Origin: a bacterium | GTDB taxonomy: Bacteria; Patescibacteriota; Dojkabacteria; B142; OLB20 | NCBI GenBank assembly: GCA_021463645.1 | Contig: JAJTYI010000006.1 | Location: 117,692-181,691 of the forward strand | Direction: 5' to 3' | DNA length: 64,000 nucleotides | Part shown: positions 55,297 through 63,930 of the stretch, in pieces | Numbering within the stretch: position 1 is the first letter of the stretch | Layout of the letters: each line of letters starts with the position of its first letter | The notes under the pieces: model-generated | Database searches by the model: none | Told to the model about the DNA's origin: nothing | The model's input: only the letters and a program-made list of their open reading frames with translations | Position numbers and translations under genes: made by a program

Positions 55297-56361
55297 ATGA
55301 AGATATTAAAACTCAATGTAAAAAACAAAAAAAGTGTTATCGATGAGGCGGTAACAGTTTTTAAAAAAGGTGGACTTGTTGTATATCCAACCGAAACCTG
55401 CTATGGCGCAGGAGTGATGGCTACGAATGAAAATGCGGTGAAAAAATTGTTGAAGTATAAGAAAAGACCTTCGGGGAAAGCTATTAGCATTGCGGTCGCG
55501 GACATTAATATGGCTAGAAAGTTTGTAATAATTAATAAAACAGCAGAAAGTGTTTACGAGAAATTTCTACCAGGACCTGTTACAGTTGTTTCGGAATCGA
55601 GAAATAATGTTGCCGATGGAATCGCGTCAGAGTTTAATACTCTTGGAGTGAGAATTCCAAACTTTGCGTTCATGTTGGATGTTATCGATAAACTTGGCTC
55701 GCCAATAACTGCAACATCAGCAAACTCTGCCGGTAAAAAAACGCCATACAATGTTGACGATATTCTTGATAATTTGTCAGAAAATCAAAAAAGTTTAATT
55801 GATTTAATAATAGATGCTGGTCAACTACCCAAGAATCCTCCATCAACTGTAGTCGATACAACCCAGGAATCAATGCAGGTCTTGAGAGAAGGTAGTCTAG
55901 ATATTTCGAAGGACGGAATACTGGTTGCAAATGAAGAGGAAATGCGTGAACATGGTGAAAAATTTATGGAAAAGAACTTTTCAGATTTAACAGAGAAAGG
56001 TTTGTTAATTTTTCTTAACGCTGAGTTGGGAGCAGGAAAGACGCAATTTGTAAAAGGAATTGCAAAAAGTATGGGAATCGAAGAAGTTGTAAAGTCCCCC
56101 ACCTATTCGATCATGGAAGAGTATGATGCACCAAGAGGGAAATTAATCCATGTTGATACTTGGAGGCTGACAAATATCTCCGAATTAAAGCAACTTATGA
56201 TTAGTAAATATTTGAAGAAGGGTACTGTTATCGCTATCGAGTGGTCGGCAGGTGTTGAAGAGTATTTTAATGAAATGGCAAATGCGAAAGGAATAAAAAC
56301 TGTAAAAATTGATATTAATTATATCGATGCGAATAAAAGGTGTTTAATGATATGGGATTGA
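55297..56361 (+). CDS. fusion protein: L-threonylcarbamoyladenylate synthase (TsaC/YrdC domain) plus t6A ATPase TsaE
   Basis: N-terminal half: VVYPTETCYGAGV...KKRPSGKAISIAV...TATSANSAGKKTP (YrdC). C-terminal half: FLNAELGAGKTQFVKGIAKSMGIEEVVKSPTYSIMEEYD...IHVDTWRL (TsaE P-loop and SPT/Y motifs). Confidence 0.75.
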   Translation: MKILKLNVKNKKSVIDEAVTVFKKGGLVVYPTETCYGAGVMATNENAVKKLLKYKKRPSGKAISIAVADINMARKFVIINKTAESVYEKFLPGPVTVVSESRNNVADGIASEFNTLGVRIPNFAFMLDVIDKLGSPITATSANSAGKKTPYNVDDILDNLSENQKSLIDLIIDAGQLPKNPPSTVVDTTQESMQVLREGSLDISKDGILVANEEEMREHGEKFMEKNFSDLTEKGLLIFLNAELGAGKTQFVKGIAKSMGIEEVVKSPTYSIMEEYDAPRGKLIHVDTWRLTNISELKQLMISKYLKKGTVIAIEWSAGVEEYFNEMANAKGIKTVKIDINYIDANKRCLMIWD

Positions 56362-57437
56362 AAAGCTTGAAACCAATAATCCTCGGGATAGATACTTCGT
56401 GTGATGAGACATCCGCTGGAGTTACTCATGGAGACGCTGTCCTCTCAAATGTCATTTCCTCACAAATTGATCTGCACAAAATCTGGGGTGGGGTAGTTCC
56501 CGACATCGCGCGAAGGGCTCATCAAGAACGAATTGACGAAGTCATCGAAAAATCATTAATACTAGCTTCTAGAAATTTCAATAAGAAAATTAATCTTGAA
56601 AATATTGATGCGGTTGCGGTTACATATGGACCGGGCTTGGCAATTGCTTTGGAGGTGGGGATAGAAAAGGCGAAAGAAATCTCTAAAAAATATAATAAAC
56701 CTTTAATGGCTGTAAATCACTTGGAGGGGCATCTTCTGTCTGCAATGGCAAAGGATAGTTTAGGGGAAAAAGGTCTAACATTAGCAAAAAGAGATTTCCC
56801 TGCACTTGGCCTTATTATTTCGGGAAAACATACTGAAATTGTTTTGGTTAGAGATATTGGTGATTATGAAGTAGTTGGAGAAACACTTGATGATGCCATC
56901 GGAGAAGCTTATGACAAGGTCGGGAGAATGTTAGAATTGGGTTATCCAGCCGGTCCCGTTGTGACCAAATTTGCAAAACTTGGTGATTCCTCAAGATTTA
57001 CACTCCCTGTTCCCATGCGAAATAAAAAGGATAGCCTGGATTTCAGTTTTTCGGGGTTGAAAACAGCGGTATATTACATGGTTAAAAAAGACCTTGGAGT
57101 TATGTCAAAACAAGATGTCTACGATATGTGTGCTAGTTTCGAGAATTCTGCAATTCTACATCTACAAGACAAATTAGAATTGGCAATTAATAAATATAAC
57201 CCCAAATTGATTTTAGTTGGTGGGGGTGTTGCCTCAAGTCCAAAAGTAAGAGCCTCTATCAGAAAAACTACCCATAATTTCGGTCTCAAGGCATACTTCC
57301 CCAACTCAAACAAGCTTTACATGGACAACGGAGCAATGATAGGGTTGGTCGCCTCAAATAAGTACGTTAACAAAGATTTTGTGGCAAACCTTATAGATCT
57401 CGAAAGAGAACCAAGAGCTAGTTTGAATAAACCGTAA
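56352..57437 (+). CDS. tsaD: tRNA N6-adenosine threonylcarbamoyltransferase TsaD
   Basis: GIDTSCDETSAGV, AVNHLEGHL, GPGLAIAL and VGGGVASS. ATG at 56352, overlapping the upstream gene's end by 10 nt; the track's GTG is at 56340. Confidence 0.9.
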   Translation: MGLKSLKPIILGIDTSCDETSAGVTHGDAVLSNVISSQIDLHKIWGGVVPDIARRAHQERIDEVIEKSLILASRNFNKKINLENIDAVAVTYGPGLAIALEVGIEKAKEISKKYNKPLMAVNHLEGHLLSAMAKDSLGEKGLTLAKRDFPALGLIISGKHTEIVLVRDIGDYEVVGETLDDAIGEAYDKVGRMLELGYPAGPVVTKFAKLGDSSRFTLPVPMRNKKDSLDFSFSGLKTAVYYMVKKDLGVMSKQDVYDMCASFENSAILHLQDKLELAINKYNPKLILVGGGVASSPKVRASIRKTTHNFGLKAYFPNSNKLYMDNGAMIGLVASNKYVNKDFVANLIDLEREPRASLNKP

Positions 57438-57475
57438 TAACTATTTTTGTCTAAACAAAACTGCTTGTTATTCTA

Positions 57476-59344
57476 TTATAGACATTTATTCCTCATCTCA
57501 ATGCTCATTGGTGAGCCATTTTCAACGAAATCGTTATAATCGTCTAAACACACCTGACAGTCTGGCGAGTTGTTTGTACATAAATCACAGACTTTGTAAA
57601 AACTTAGATATTCGCAGACATTTGACTGAGTGTAATAATCTTCTGAAGTATAGTCATCATAATCATAATCCTCATCATAATTATAGTCTGGGTCTTCATA
57701 GGATGGCTCTACAAGATTAAGTGCGTCTTCTTTCAATAATCCTTGTAAATCCATAAGGGTTAGGGTGGTAGGATTTTCAGGTGTTTCAATTGGGGTAACC
57801 ATCTTCATCCCTGTCATCTTGAACTCAAAAAGACCTTTAACATTATTCCCACTCTCTTCAATTTCGAAATCATATGCCACCTTTACTGGGTAACTTTCTA
57901 GCTTAGCGAAACATAATGTCAACTCAGATTTTTTCATTGGGAATTCTAAATCGTTCATTTGGTCATATTCTTCTTCGCTAAAATTCTCGTCATATAATTT
58001 CCCGGCTTCCTTGTAAATATTTATTATATTTTCTTTCGTCAACGACATCACATAGCATCTGGCATTTGTTTCGGAAACTTTCTCATCGAAACTGTTGGTA
58101 ATTGAATTTTGTACAGCAGGACTATTGATTAGTTGAATCACTTTATCGTAATCTTCTTTTTTTAGCTCTGTTTGGTCTTGACTACCAAATTCTTCTAGTA
58201 ATTCTTCGGGGTTATATAGGTTTGCTTCTACACCTGCTTCTTTAGCCAATGTCTCTGGGTCGAGCATAAACCATTTCCCTTCTATTTCCTCGACCTTTAC
58301 GTAATCATTTCGTGGGAACCGGTCAAGGTTGAAGTAAATAAGCTTATCAAGGATTCTAGTTTCAAAACCTGTATTAAGATTTACACCTGGAACTTCAAAT
58401 TCCACATTAGTAATATTTCTAGCTCGGTCTTGATTGTTGAATTGTACGGAGTCTTGAGAGGTAAATGTGATTTTCCCTTCCCTAGAGGATAAAATTTTAT
58501 TAATACTATCTTCGTTAATTTCTCCTGGATCTTTCAATCCAAGTACAGGTTGTAGTGACTCTGCCAAAGTATATTGTAGAGATAATGATGTGTCATAATT
58601 AATTTGCTCTGCGGTTTCAACCTCTTCAATAATTTTATCTGCTCCGATTGGTTTGATGTCTTGTGGATCAAAGTCTGGTTTGAAGGGGGTGTTATCCATG
58701 GTCAATGCTTTATACATTCCAAGATCCACTAGGTACTCCACTCTCGTACTAAATTGTTCTCCCTCGGATAATAAAATTGATTCTGTGAGTCCGGAGACTA
58801 GAGGAACATGATTTTCTTGTAGATATTTTGCTCCAAAAACAGCAACTGAAAGTGTCGCCAACACAACAAAAACTAATACTACAATAATCAATATTTTCAT
58901 AAATTTGGGTAGTCCTTTTTTAGGGGTTACATCAGTATTGGGCAATGGTGTTTGTGGGTTTTCATTTAATACAGGACTACTGATGGAGGTATTCATTGCT
59001 AAGTTTGTATTTGTTTCCTGAGGTGTATTTTGCGGAGCATAGCTTGTTATTGGGTTCGTCTGTTGAACACTATTGGTATTTTGAACAGGATTTTCTTGAA
59101 TTGCGGGTCGTTGTTCAACTAGCGGATTTTGAGCAGGTACACTTTGTACAGTTCTTGTCATTTCCTCTGGTATATCATTTGGAACTACATTTTGGTTTTG
59201 CATGGGACTCGTCAAATCAGGTGATGATGTCATTTGTGGGTTTGTAGGCTGAGAAGAATTTATGTTTCCAGAAAGTGTGGGGTCTAGTGATGAATCGGAA
59301 TTATTTGTACCTTGTGTACCACCATAAGGATTGGATGTGTTCAT
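57476..59344 (-). CDS. hypothetical single-pass membrane protein (N/Q/P-rich N-terminus, large ectodomain, acidic Tyr/Asp tract, CxxC-rich tail)
   Basis: 622 aa. TM ILIIVVLVFVVLATLSVAVFGA at about aa 150. The C-terminus reads ...DPDYNYDEDYDYDDYTSEDYYTQSNVCEYLSFYKVCDLCTNNSPDCQVCLDDYNDF...RNKCL. Confidence 0.5.
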   Translation of the reverse strand: MNTSNPYGGTQGTNNSDSSLDPTLSGNINSSQPTNPQMTSSPDLTSPMQNQNVVPNDIPEEMTRTVQSVPAQNPLVEQRPAIQENPVQNTNSVQQTNPITSYAPQNTPQETNTNLAMNTSISSPVLNENPQTPLPNTDVTPKKGLPKFMKILIIVVLVFVVLATLSVAVFGAKYLQENHVPLVSGLTESILLSEGEQFSTRVEYLVDLGMYKALTMDNTPFKPDFDPQDIKPIGADKIIEEVETAEQINYDTSLSLQYTLAESLQPVLGLKDPGEINEDSINKILSSREGKITFTSQDSVQFNNQDRARNITNVEFEVPGVNLNTGFETRILDKLIYFNLDRFPRNDYVKVEEIEGKWFMLDPETLAKEAGVEANLYNPEELLEEFGSQDQTELKKEDYDKVIQLINSPAVQNSITNSFDEKVSETNARCYVMSLTKENIINIYKEAGKLYDENFSEEEYDQMNDLEFPMKKSELTLCFAKLESYPVKVAYDFEIEESGNNVKGLFEFKMTGMKMVTPIETPENPTTLTLMDLQGLLKEDALNLVEPSYEDPDYNYDEDYDYDDYTSEDYYTQSNVCEYLSFYKVCDLCTNNSPDCQVCLDDYNDFVENGSPMSIEMRNKCL

Positions 59345-59471
59345 AATATTGTATTAATTTAATACTTTATGATACATAGAAAAGATACCTATGACAAAAA
59401 TTCCTTAAATTTTATATAGACATGACTATAATTAACTTTAAAAAAGACATTTTAACTCATCGGAATTTAAG

Positions 59472-60728
59472 TTATTTGCCAATATACTCTTTTCCAAAAT
59501 AAGGAACGAGTGCTTTCGGAATCCTAATTGATCCGTCTTTTTGCTGGAAATTCTCCATGATTACAATTGGAATTCTTGATGTAACTAAGGCTGTACCGTT
59601 TAGCATATGCACATATTCGTTTCCATTATCGGTTTTTACTCGGATGTTAAGGTTCCTAGCTTGAAAATCATCGGTATTCGATGTTGAGGTTATCTCTCCA
59701 TAGTCACCTCTGCCAGCCATCCATGCCTCAAGATCGTATTTTCTTGATGCAATGGCACCTAAGTCACCACTACACATTTCTAATACTCGATATGGAATCT
59801 CTAGTGCTTGAGTTAGTTCTTCCTCTACTCTTAAAATTTCTTGGTGCATAGCTTCGGAATGTTCGGGTAGACTATAAATGAACATTTCTAATTTAGTGAA
59901 TTGATGTACTCTATACAATCCTTTCGAGTATTTTCCATAAGCACCTGCTTCTTTTCTAAAGCAGTGGGAAACTGCAGCATACTTGAGTGGTAAATCTTCA
60001 GCTTTCAAAATCTCATCTGCGTGTAATCCCGCCATTGTGACTTCTGCAGTTGCGATTAAACCTAGGTCTTCCCCGTCAATTTCGTATATTTGCGCTTCGT
60101 CTCCCTTTGGAGCATAACCAGTCCCTAAATAATAACGTGACTTCGCCATATCGGGTGTCATTACAAGTGTGAAGCCTTTTTTCTCTAGAAAATTAATTCC
60201 AAACTGCAATAGTGCAAGTTCTAGCCGAACCGCATCATTTTTGAGGAAGTAAAACTGAGAACCACTCACCTTAGCTCCTGCCTCGAAATCTAACATATCG
60301 TGCATTTTCCCTAATTCGATGTGGTCTTTGGTTTCGAAATCGAAATTTGGGATTTTTCCTACTTTACGAAGCTCTACATTATCATCCTCATTTTTTCCAA
60401 TTGGAACTTCGGGTCTGTGTATGTTCGGGATGTTGTTAATTAGCTGATTCCACTCGCGTTCGAGCTCAACTAAATCATCTTCAACTGATTTTATAGTATC
60501 TTTAATTTTCTTCCCTTCTTCGCGCAGTGCTTCAAAGTCATTTGATTCCTTGCCTGTCTTTGCAAGTGTGTTTTTTTGTTGGTTTAAGTCTTCAAGTCTA
60601 GCTTGTGCCTCCATAAACTTCTTGTCGACATCCAACCATCTCTCTACAACCTGTGGATCCATTCCTCTTTCTGTTGTATTCTTCTTTACCAACTCTTGAT
60701 TTTTTCGAATAAATTTTGGGTTTAACAT
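59472..60728 (-). CDS. serS: serine--tRNA ligase
   Basis: N-terminal coiled-coil arm. Class II motif 2 FRKEAGAYGKYSKGLYRVHQFTKLEMF and motif 3 GTALVTSRIPIVIMENFQ. Confidence 0.95.
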   Translation of the reverse strand: MLNPKFIRKNQELVKKNTTERGMDPQVVERWLDVDKKFMEAQARLEDLNQQKNTLAKTGKESNDFEALREEGKKIKDTIKSVEDDLVELEREWNQLINNIPNIHRPEVPIGKNEDDNVELRKVGKIPNFDFETKDHIELGKMHDMLDFEAGAKVSGSQFYFLKNDAVRLELALLQFGINFLEKKGFTLVMTPDMAKSRYYLGTGYAPKGDEAQIYEIDGEDLGLIATAEVTMAGLHADEILKAEDLPLKYAAVSHCFRKEAGAYGKYSKGLYRVHQFTKLEMFIYSLPEHSEAMHQEILRVEEELTQALEIPYRVLEMCSGDLGAIASRKYDLEAWMAGRGDYGEITSTSNTDDFQARNLNIRVKTDNGNEYVHMLNGTALVTSRIPIVIMENFQQKDGSIRIPKALVPYFGKEYIGK

Positions 60729-60967
60729 AATTAATTATTAATAAATAAAAAAAGTCCCTATGTATATTTACAGAGTAAACATACACAAGGACTCTTTCCG
60801 AAATTGCGGAACAGCGGTGCCACCTATTTTCCCAATTATTTATATTGGACTCTTTTAGAAATATTTAATTTTATGGAATCAGTCGATCGACTGTTTTTCC
60901 TTCAAAAAGCTATCTCATTAATGGTTCGCGTACAATACTGGGTAGCTTTTTTCTGTGTTGAAGAATT
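60729..60967 (-). promoter_or_regulatory. T-box riboswitch leader of serS
   Basis: All on the minus strand. Promoter TTGACT-17-TATCAT (61002-60974). Hairpin AAAAAGCTA...TAGCTTTTT (60951-60904). T-box sequence AAATAGGTGGCACCGCTG (about 60828-60811). Terminator AGTCCTTGTGTAT...ATACATAGGGACT plus T7 (60793-60744), ending 16 nt before the ATG. Confidence 0.7.
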
Positions 60968-61051
60968 AGTTAAATGATATCAGTAGTAAGAATTACAGTC
61001 AATGTATATTTAAGAAGAGACTGTTTAAATTTTAAGGAGAATTTTCAGAAT

Positions 61052-61840
61052 TTAGAAAGTTTGGTTACAATTGCTACATAAAACTTCGGATAAGATTTGC
61101 TTCTCCATCTTAAGAATTTCATATAGAGGATTGGTCCAGGATAAATGTAATTCATCAAGGAAATAATCAGCTTTCAATTTTTGGATTTTTGGAGTTTCTC
61201 GATATCGTGGGTTCAAAACAATCTCCTCACGAGCATTTTTTCTAATACAATAGTAGGCAAGTCCACCTTCTTTTCGTAGTAGGTTGTAGTCGGCATGTGA
61301 ATGTGTTTTATTGATTTTTAAAAAGATAACAGGGAAATCTTGTGTATTGATAAAGGTAAAGAAATAACCTTTTGGAATCGCACACTTTTGTCCTTGGCTT
61401 ACTTTTATAATGTAGGCTTTCTCTACATAAGTATCAAACTCGAATTCGTCGGTTGGGAGCTTGTTTTTTTGCATTATGATTGTCAACTTACCATATAGTA
61501 CTTCCACTATTGTTGTATAACTCCCGTTGGAACTCATCATTGGGGAGTAATAAATATGCGACTTTATATACTCAATTCCAAGCAAACCCGCAGGTAGGTA
61601 AATAATATCAAGATTAACCTCTGAATCTGCTAGATAATTATCATCGTGATGGTATACGGAATTGTACTCGTCATAAACATCCTTTGGGTAGCTCAGAGAC
61701 TTGTTTAATAATGTTGGTAGGAGACTCGCTAGACTAACAGTTTGGGGTTGGTTGGTTACAATATCTTCTGACAGGAGCAGAGTATTATTCTTTGTATCCA
61801 GACTTATCGATAAATTACAATTATCTAGCAAAGTTACCAT
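61052..61840 (-). CDS. cupin-type glucose-6-phosphate-isomerase-like protein with degenerate metal ligands
   Basis: The block pattern LDIIYLPAGLLGIEYIKSHIYY...IVEVLYGKLTIIMQK...IIKVSQGQKCAIPKGYFFTFINTQDFPVIFL...ADYNLLRKEGGLAYYC resembles archaeal cupin PGI (T-GHYH...EVY.V..G...PPGY.H..IN). Most of the His ligands are replaced. Confidence 0.4.
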   Translation of the reverse strand: MVTLLDNCNLSISLDTKNNTLLLSEDIVTNQPQTVSLASLLPTLLNKSLSYPKDVYDEYNSVYHHDDNYLADSEVNLDIIYLPAGLLGIEYIKSHIYYSPMMSSNGSYTTIVEVLYGKLTIIMQKNKLPTDEFEFDTYVEKAYIIKVSQGQKCAIPKGYFFTFINTQDFPVIFLKINKTHSHADYNLLRKEGGLAYYCIRKNAREEIVLNPRYRETPKIQKLKADYFLDELHLSWTNPLYEILKMEKQILSEVLCSNCNQTF

Positions 61841-61871
61841 CTGCGGTTATTATTTTCAAGTGAAGAACTTC

Positions 61872-61914
61872 ATTATATGTATGAAAATGTAATTTTGTCA
61901 AATCTCTTTGACAA
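61872..61914 (-). promoter_or_regulatory. promoter overlapped by a 20-bp palindrome (candidate operator) upstream of 61052..61840
   Basis: On the minus strand, TTGACA (61901-61896), an 18-nt spacer, and TATAAT (61877-61872). The palindrome TTGTCAAA-tctc-TTTGACAA at 61895-61914 covers the -35 element. Confidence 0.5.
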
Positions 61915-62025
61915 ACATTAAACTATAGGCCTGACCAGGTGCTTGAAACACCATGCTATAAAAGGAAAGAACGTTTTAAAAGAAATTGTCGATTTGTGGA
62001 TAACTTCTTGACAATAATTCGTGGA

Positions 62026-63930
62026 TTAGTAGTTTTTTATGGAATTTATAATCTCAGAAACTACATTTGGGTCTACTAGCGTAGATGTGTCGCCCAAATC
62101 ACTCGTCTCCCCTTGCGCAATTTTCCTGAGTATCCTACGCATAATCTTCCCAGATCTCGTTTTTGGAAGTCCTTCAACAAGCAATATTTTATCCGGTTTG
62201 GCAATAGGTCCGATTATTTTTGAAACAATATTTTTGATTTCATCTGTTAGTTTTTCTAAGTCTGATATTTCCTCTGTTGAGATTATAAAGGCAAAAATAC
62301 CTTGTCCTTTAATCGGATGTGGGTAACCAACTACTGCGGATTCGATAATACTTTGGTGTTCGTTTATTGCACTTTCAATTTCTGCTGTTCCCAATCTGTG
62401 TCCCGAAACATTTATTACATCGTCAACACGTCCAATTATACGGAAATTACCAGTGCTGTCTTTTTTGCATGCATCGCCACTAAAGTATAAGTTTGGAAAT
62501 CTACTAAAATAGTTCATCCTGCATCTTTCGTGATCTCTATATGTTGTTCTAATAATCCCCGGCCATGGGGATTTAAAACATAATAGACCTTCTTTTTCAT
62601 CTTCAAAAATTTCTTCACCTTTTTCGTCAACAATTATTGGCTGAATACCTGGTAGAGGATGTCCTACCCAAGATGGTGTTTCTGGAGAAAGTCCTGCAAG
62701 CGAAGATAACATAATACCTCCAGTTTCTGTTTGCCACCAAGTGTCTACTATGGGACAGCGTTTCTTTCCTACTTTCTCGTGATACCACTTCCAGGCTTCT
62801 TCGTTTATTGGTTCACCAACACTTCCGAGGACTTTTAGCGAAGGCATATCATGTTTATTAACAAATTGATCACCTTGGGCCATCAATGAGCGAATTGCTG
62901 TAGGAGCCGTATAAAACTTCGTTACATTATGTTTTTCTATCACCTCCCAGAACCTACTTGCATCCGGCCAGGTAGGAACTCCTTCAAACATTATGACTGT
63001 AGCACCATTTAGTAGTGGGCCATAAATCATGTAACTATGACCGGTAATCCATCCTACATCTGCAGTACACCAGAAAATATCATCATCATGGTATTGGAAA
63101 ACATTTAAGAAAGTATAATAAGCATAAATCATATATCCGGCCACTGTATGCACCACACCTTTTGGTTTCCCCGTAGAGCCCGATGTGTAAAGGATAAATA
63201 AGTTATCTTCGCTATCCATGATTTCTGGTTCGCAACTGCTACTACTGTATTTAATCTCATCATGCCACCATGAGTCTCTGTCTTTCTTCATATTAACTTC
63301 AATACCGGTCCTTTTGAGTACAATAACATTTTTAATACTTGGGCTTAGTTCTAGTGCCTCGTCGGCGATTTTCTTCAGGTTGATTGTTTTTTCACCCCTG
63401 AATAATCCGTCAGAAGTTATTAACAAAGTACAGTCCGAGTCATTAATTCTTTCTTTTAATGAATTTGCTGAGAAACCGGCAAAGACAACTGAATGAATAG
63501 CTCCAATTCGTGCACAGGCTAATACAGCAATAGTAAGTTCGGGAACCATGGGCATGTAGATGCATACTCGATCACCTTTTTTTACGTTTTTTGACTTTAA
63601 GACATTTGCGAATCTACAGACTTCATTGCTTAACTCTTTATAGCTGAATATCCTTTCATCCTCCCTAGGGTCATTGGGTTCCCAAATTAAGGCAATTTTT
63701 TCTGGATGAGTCTTCGTATTTCGATCAAGTAGGTTTTCGGTAATGTTCAATTTCCCCCCTTTAAACCATTCGACTTTGGGTGTCTCGAATTCCCATGACA
63801 GAACTTCGTCCCACTTTTTATGCCAAGTGAATTCTACTGCTATTTTTGACCAGAAATCTTCAGGACTTTCTATACTTTCTTTATAAATTTCTTCATACTC
63901 TTGCCAACTTGTAATTTGGTTTGTTTGCAT
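62026..63930 (-). CDS. acs: acetate--CoA ligase (acetyl-CoA synthetase)
   Basis: 634 aa. YTSGSTGKPKGV, WWQTETGG, and the C-terminal PKTRSGKIMRRILRKIA. Confidence 0.92.
   Translation of the reverse strand: MQTNQITSWQEYEEIYKESIESPEDFWSKIAVEFTWHKKWDEVLSWEFETPKVEWFKGGKLNITENLLDRNTKTHPEKIALIWEPNDPREDERIFSYKELSNEVCRFANVLKSKNVKKGDRVCIYMPMVPELTIAVLACARIGAIHSVVFAGFSANSLKERINDSDCTLLITSDGLFRGEKTINLKKIADEALELSPSIKNVIVLKRTGIEVNMKKDRDSWWHDEIKYSSSSCEPEIMDSEDNLFILYTSGSTGKPKGVVHTVAGYMIYAYYTFLNVFQYHDDDIFWCTADVGWITGHSYMIYGPLLNGATVIMFEGVPTWPDASRFWEVIEKHNVTKFYTAPTAIRSLMAQGDQFVNKHDMPSLKVLGSVGEPINEEAWKWYHEKVGKKRCPIVDTWWQTETGGIMLSSLAGLSPETPSWVGHPLPGIQPIIVDEKGEEIFEDEKEGLLCFKSPWPGIIRTTYRDHERCRMNYFSRFPNLYFSGDACKKDSTGNFRIIGRVDDVINVSGHRLGTAEIESAINEHQSIIESAVVGYPHPIKGQGIFAFIISTEEISDLEKLTDEIKNIVSKIIGPIAKPDKILLVEGLPKTRSGKIMRRILRKIAQGETSDLGDTSTLVDPNVVSEIINSIKNY

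Noticed and set aside
61995-62003. A perfect reverse DnaA box (TGTGGATAA) downstream of acs
   Set aside because: It is a single isolated 9-mer. In 64 kb of AT-rich DNA read on both strands, about one chance occurrence is expected. There are no neighbouring boxes and no AT-rich unwinding element.
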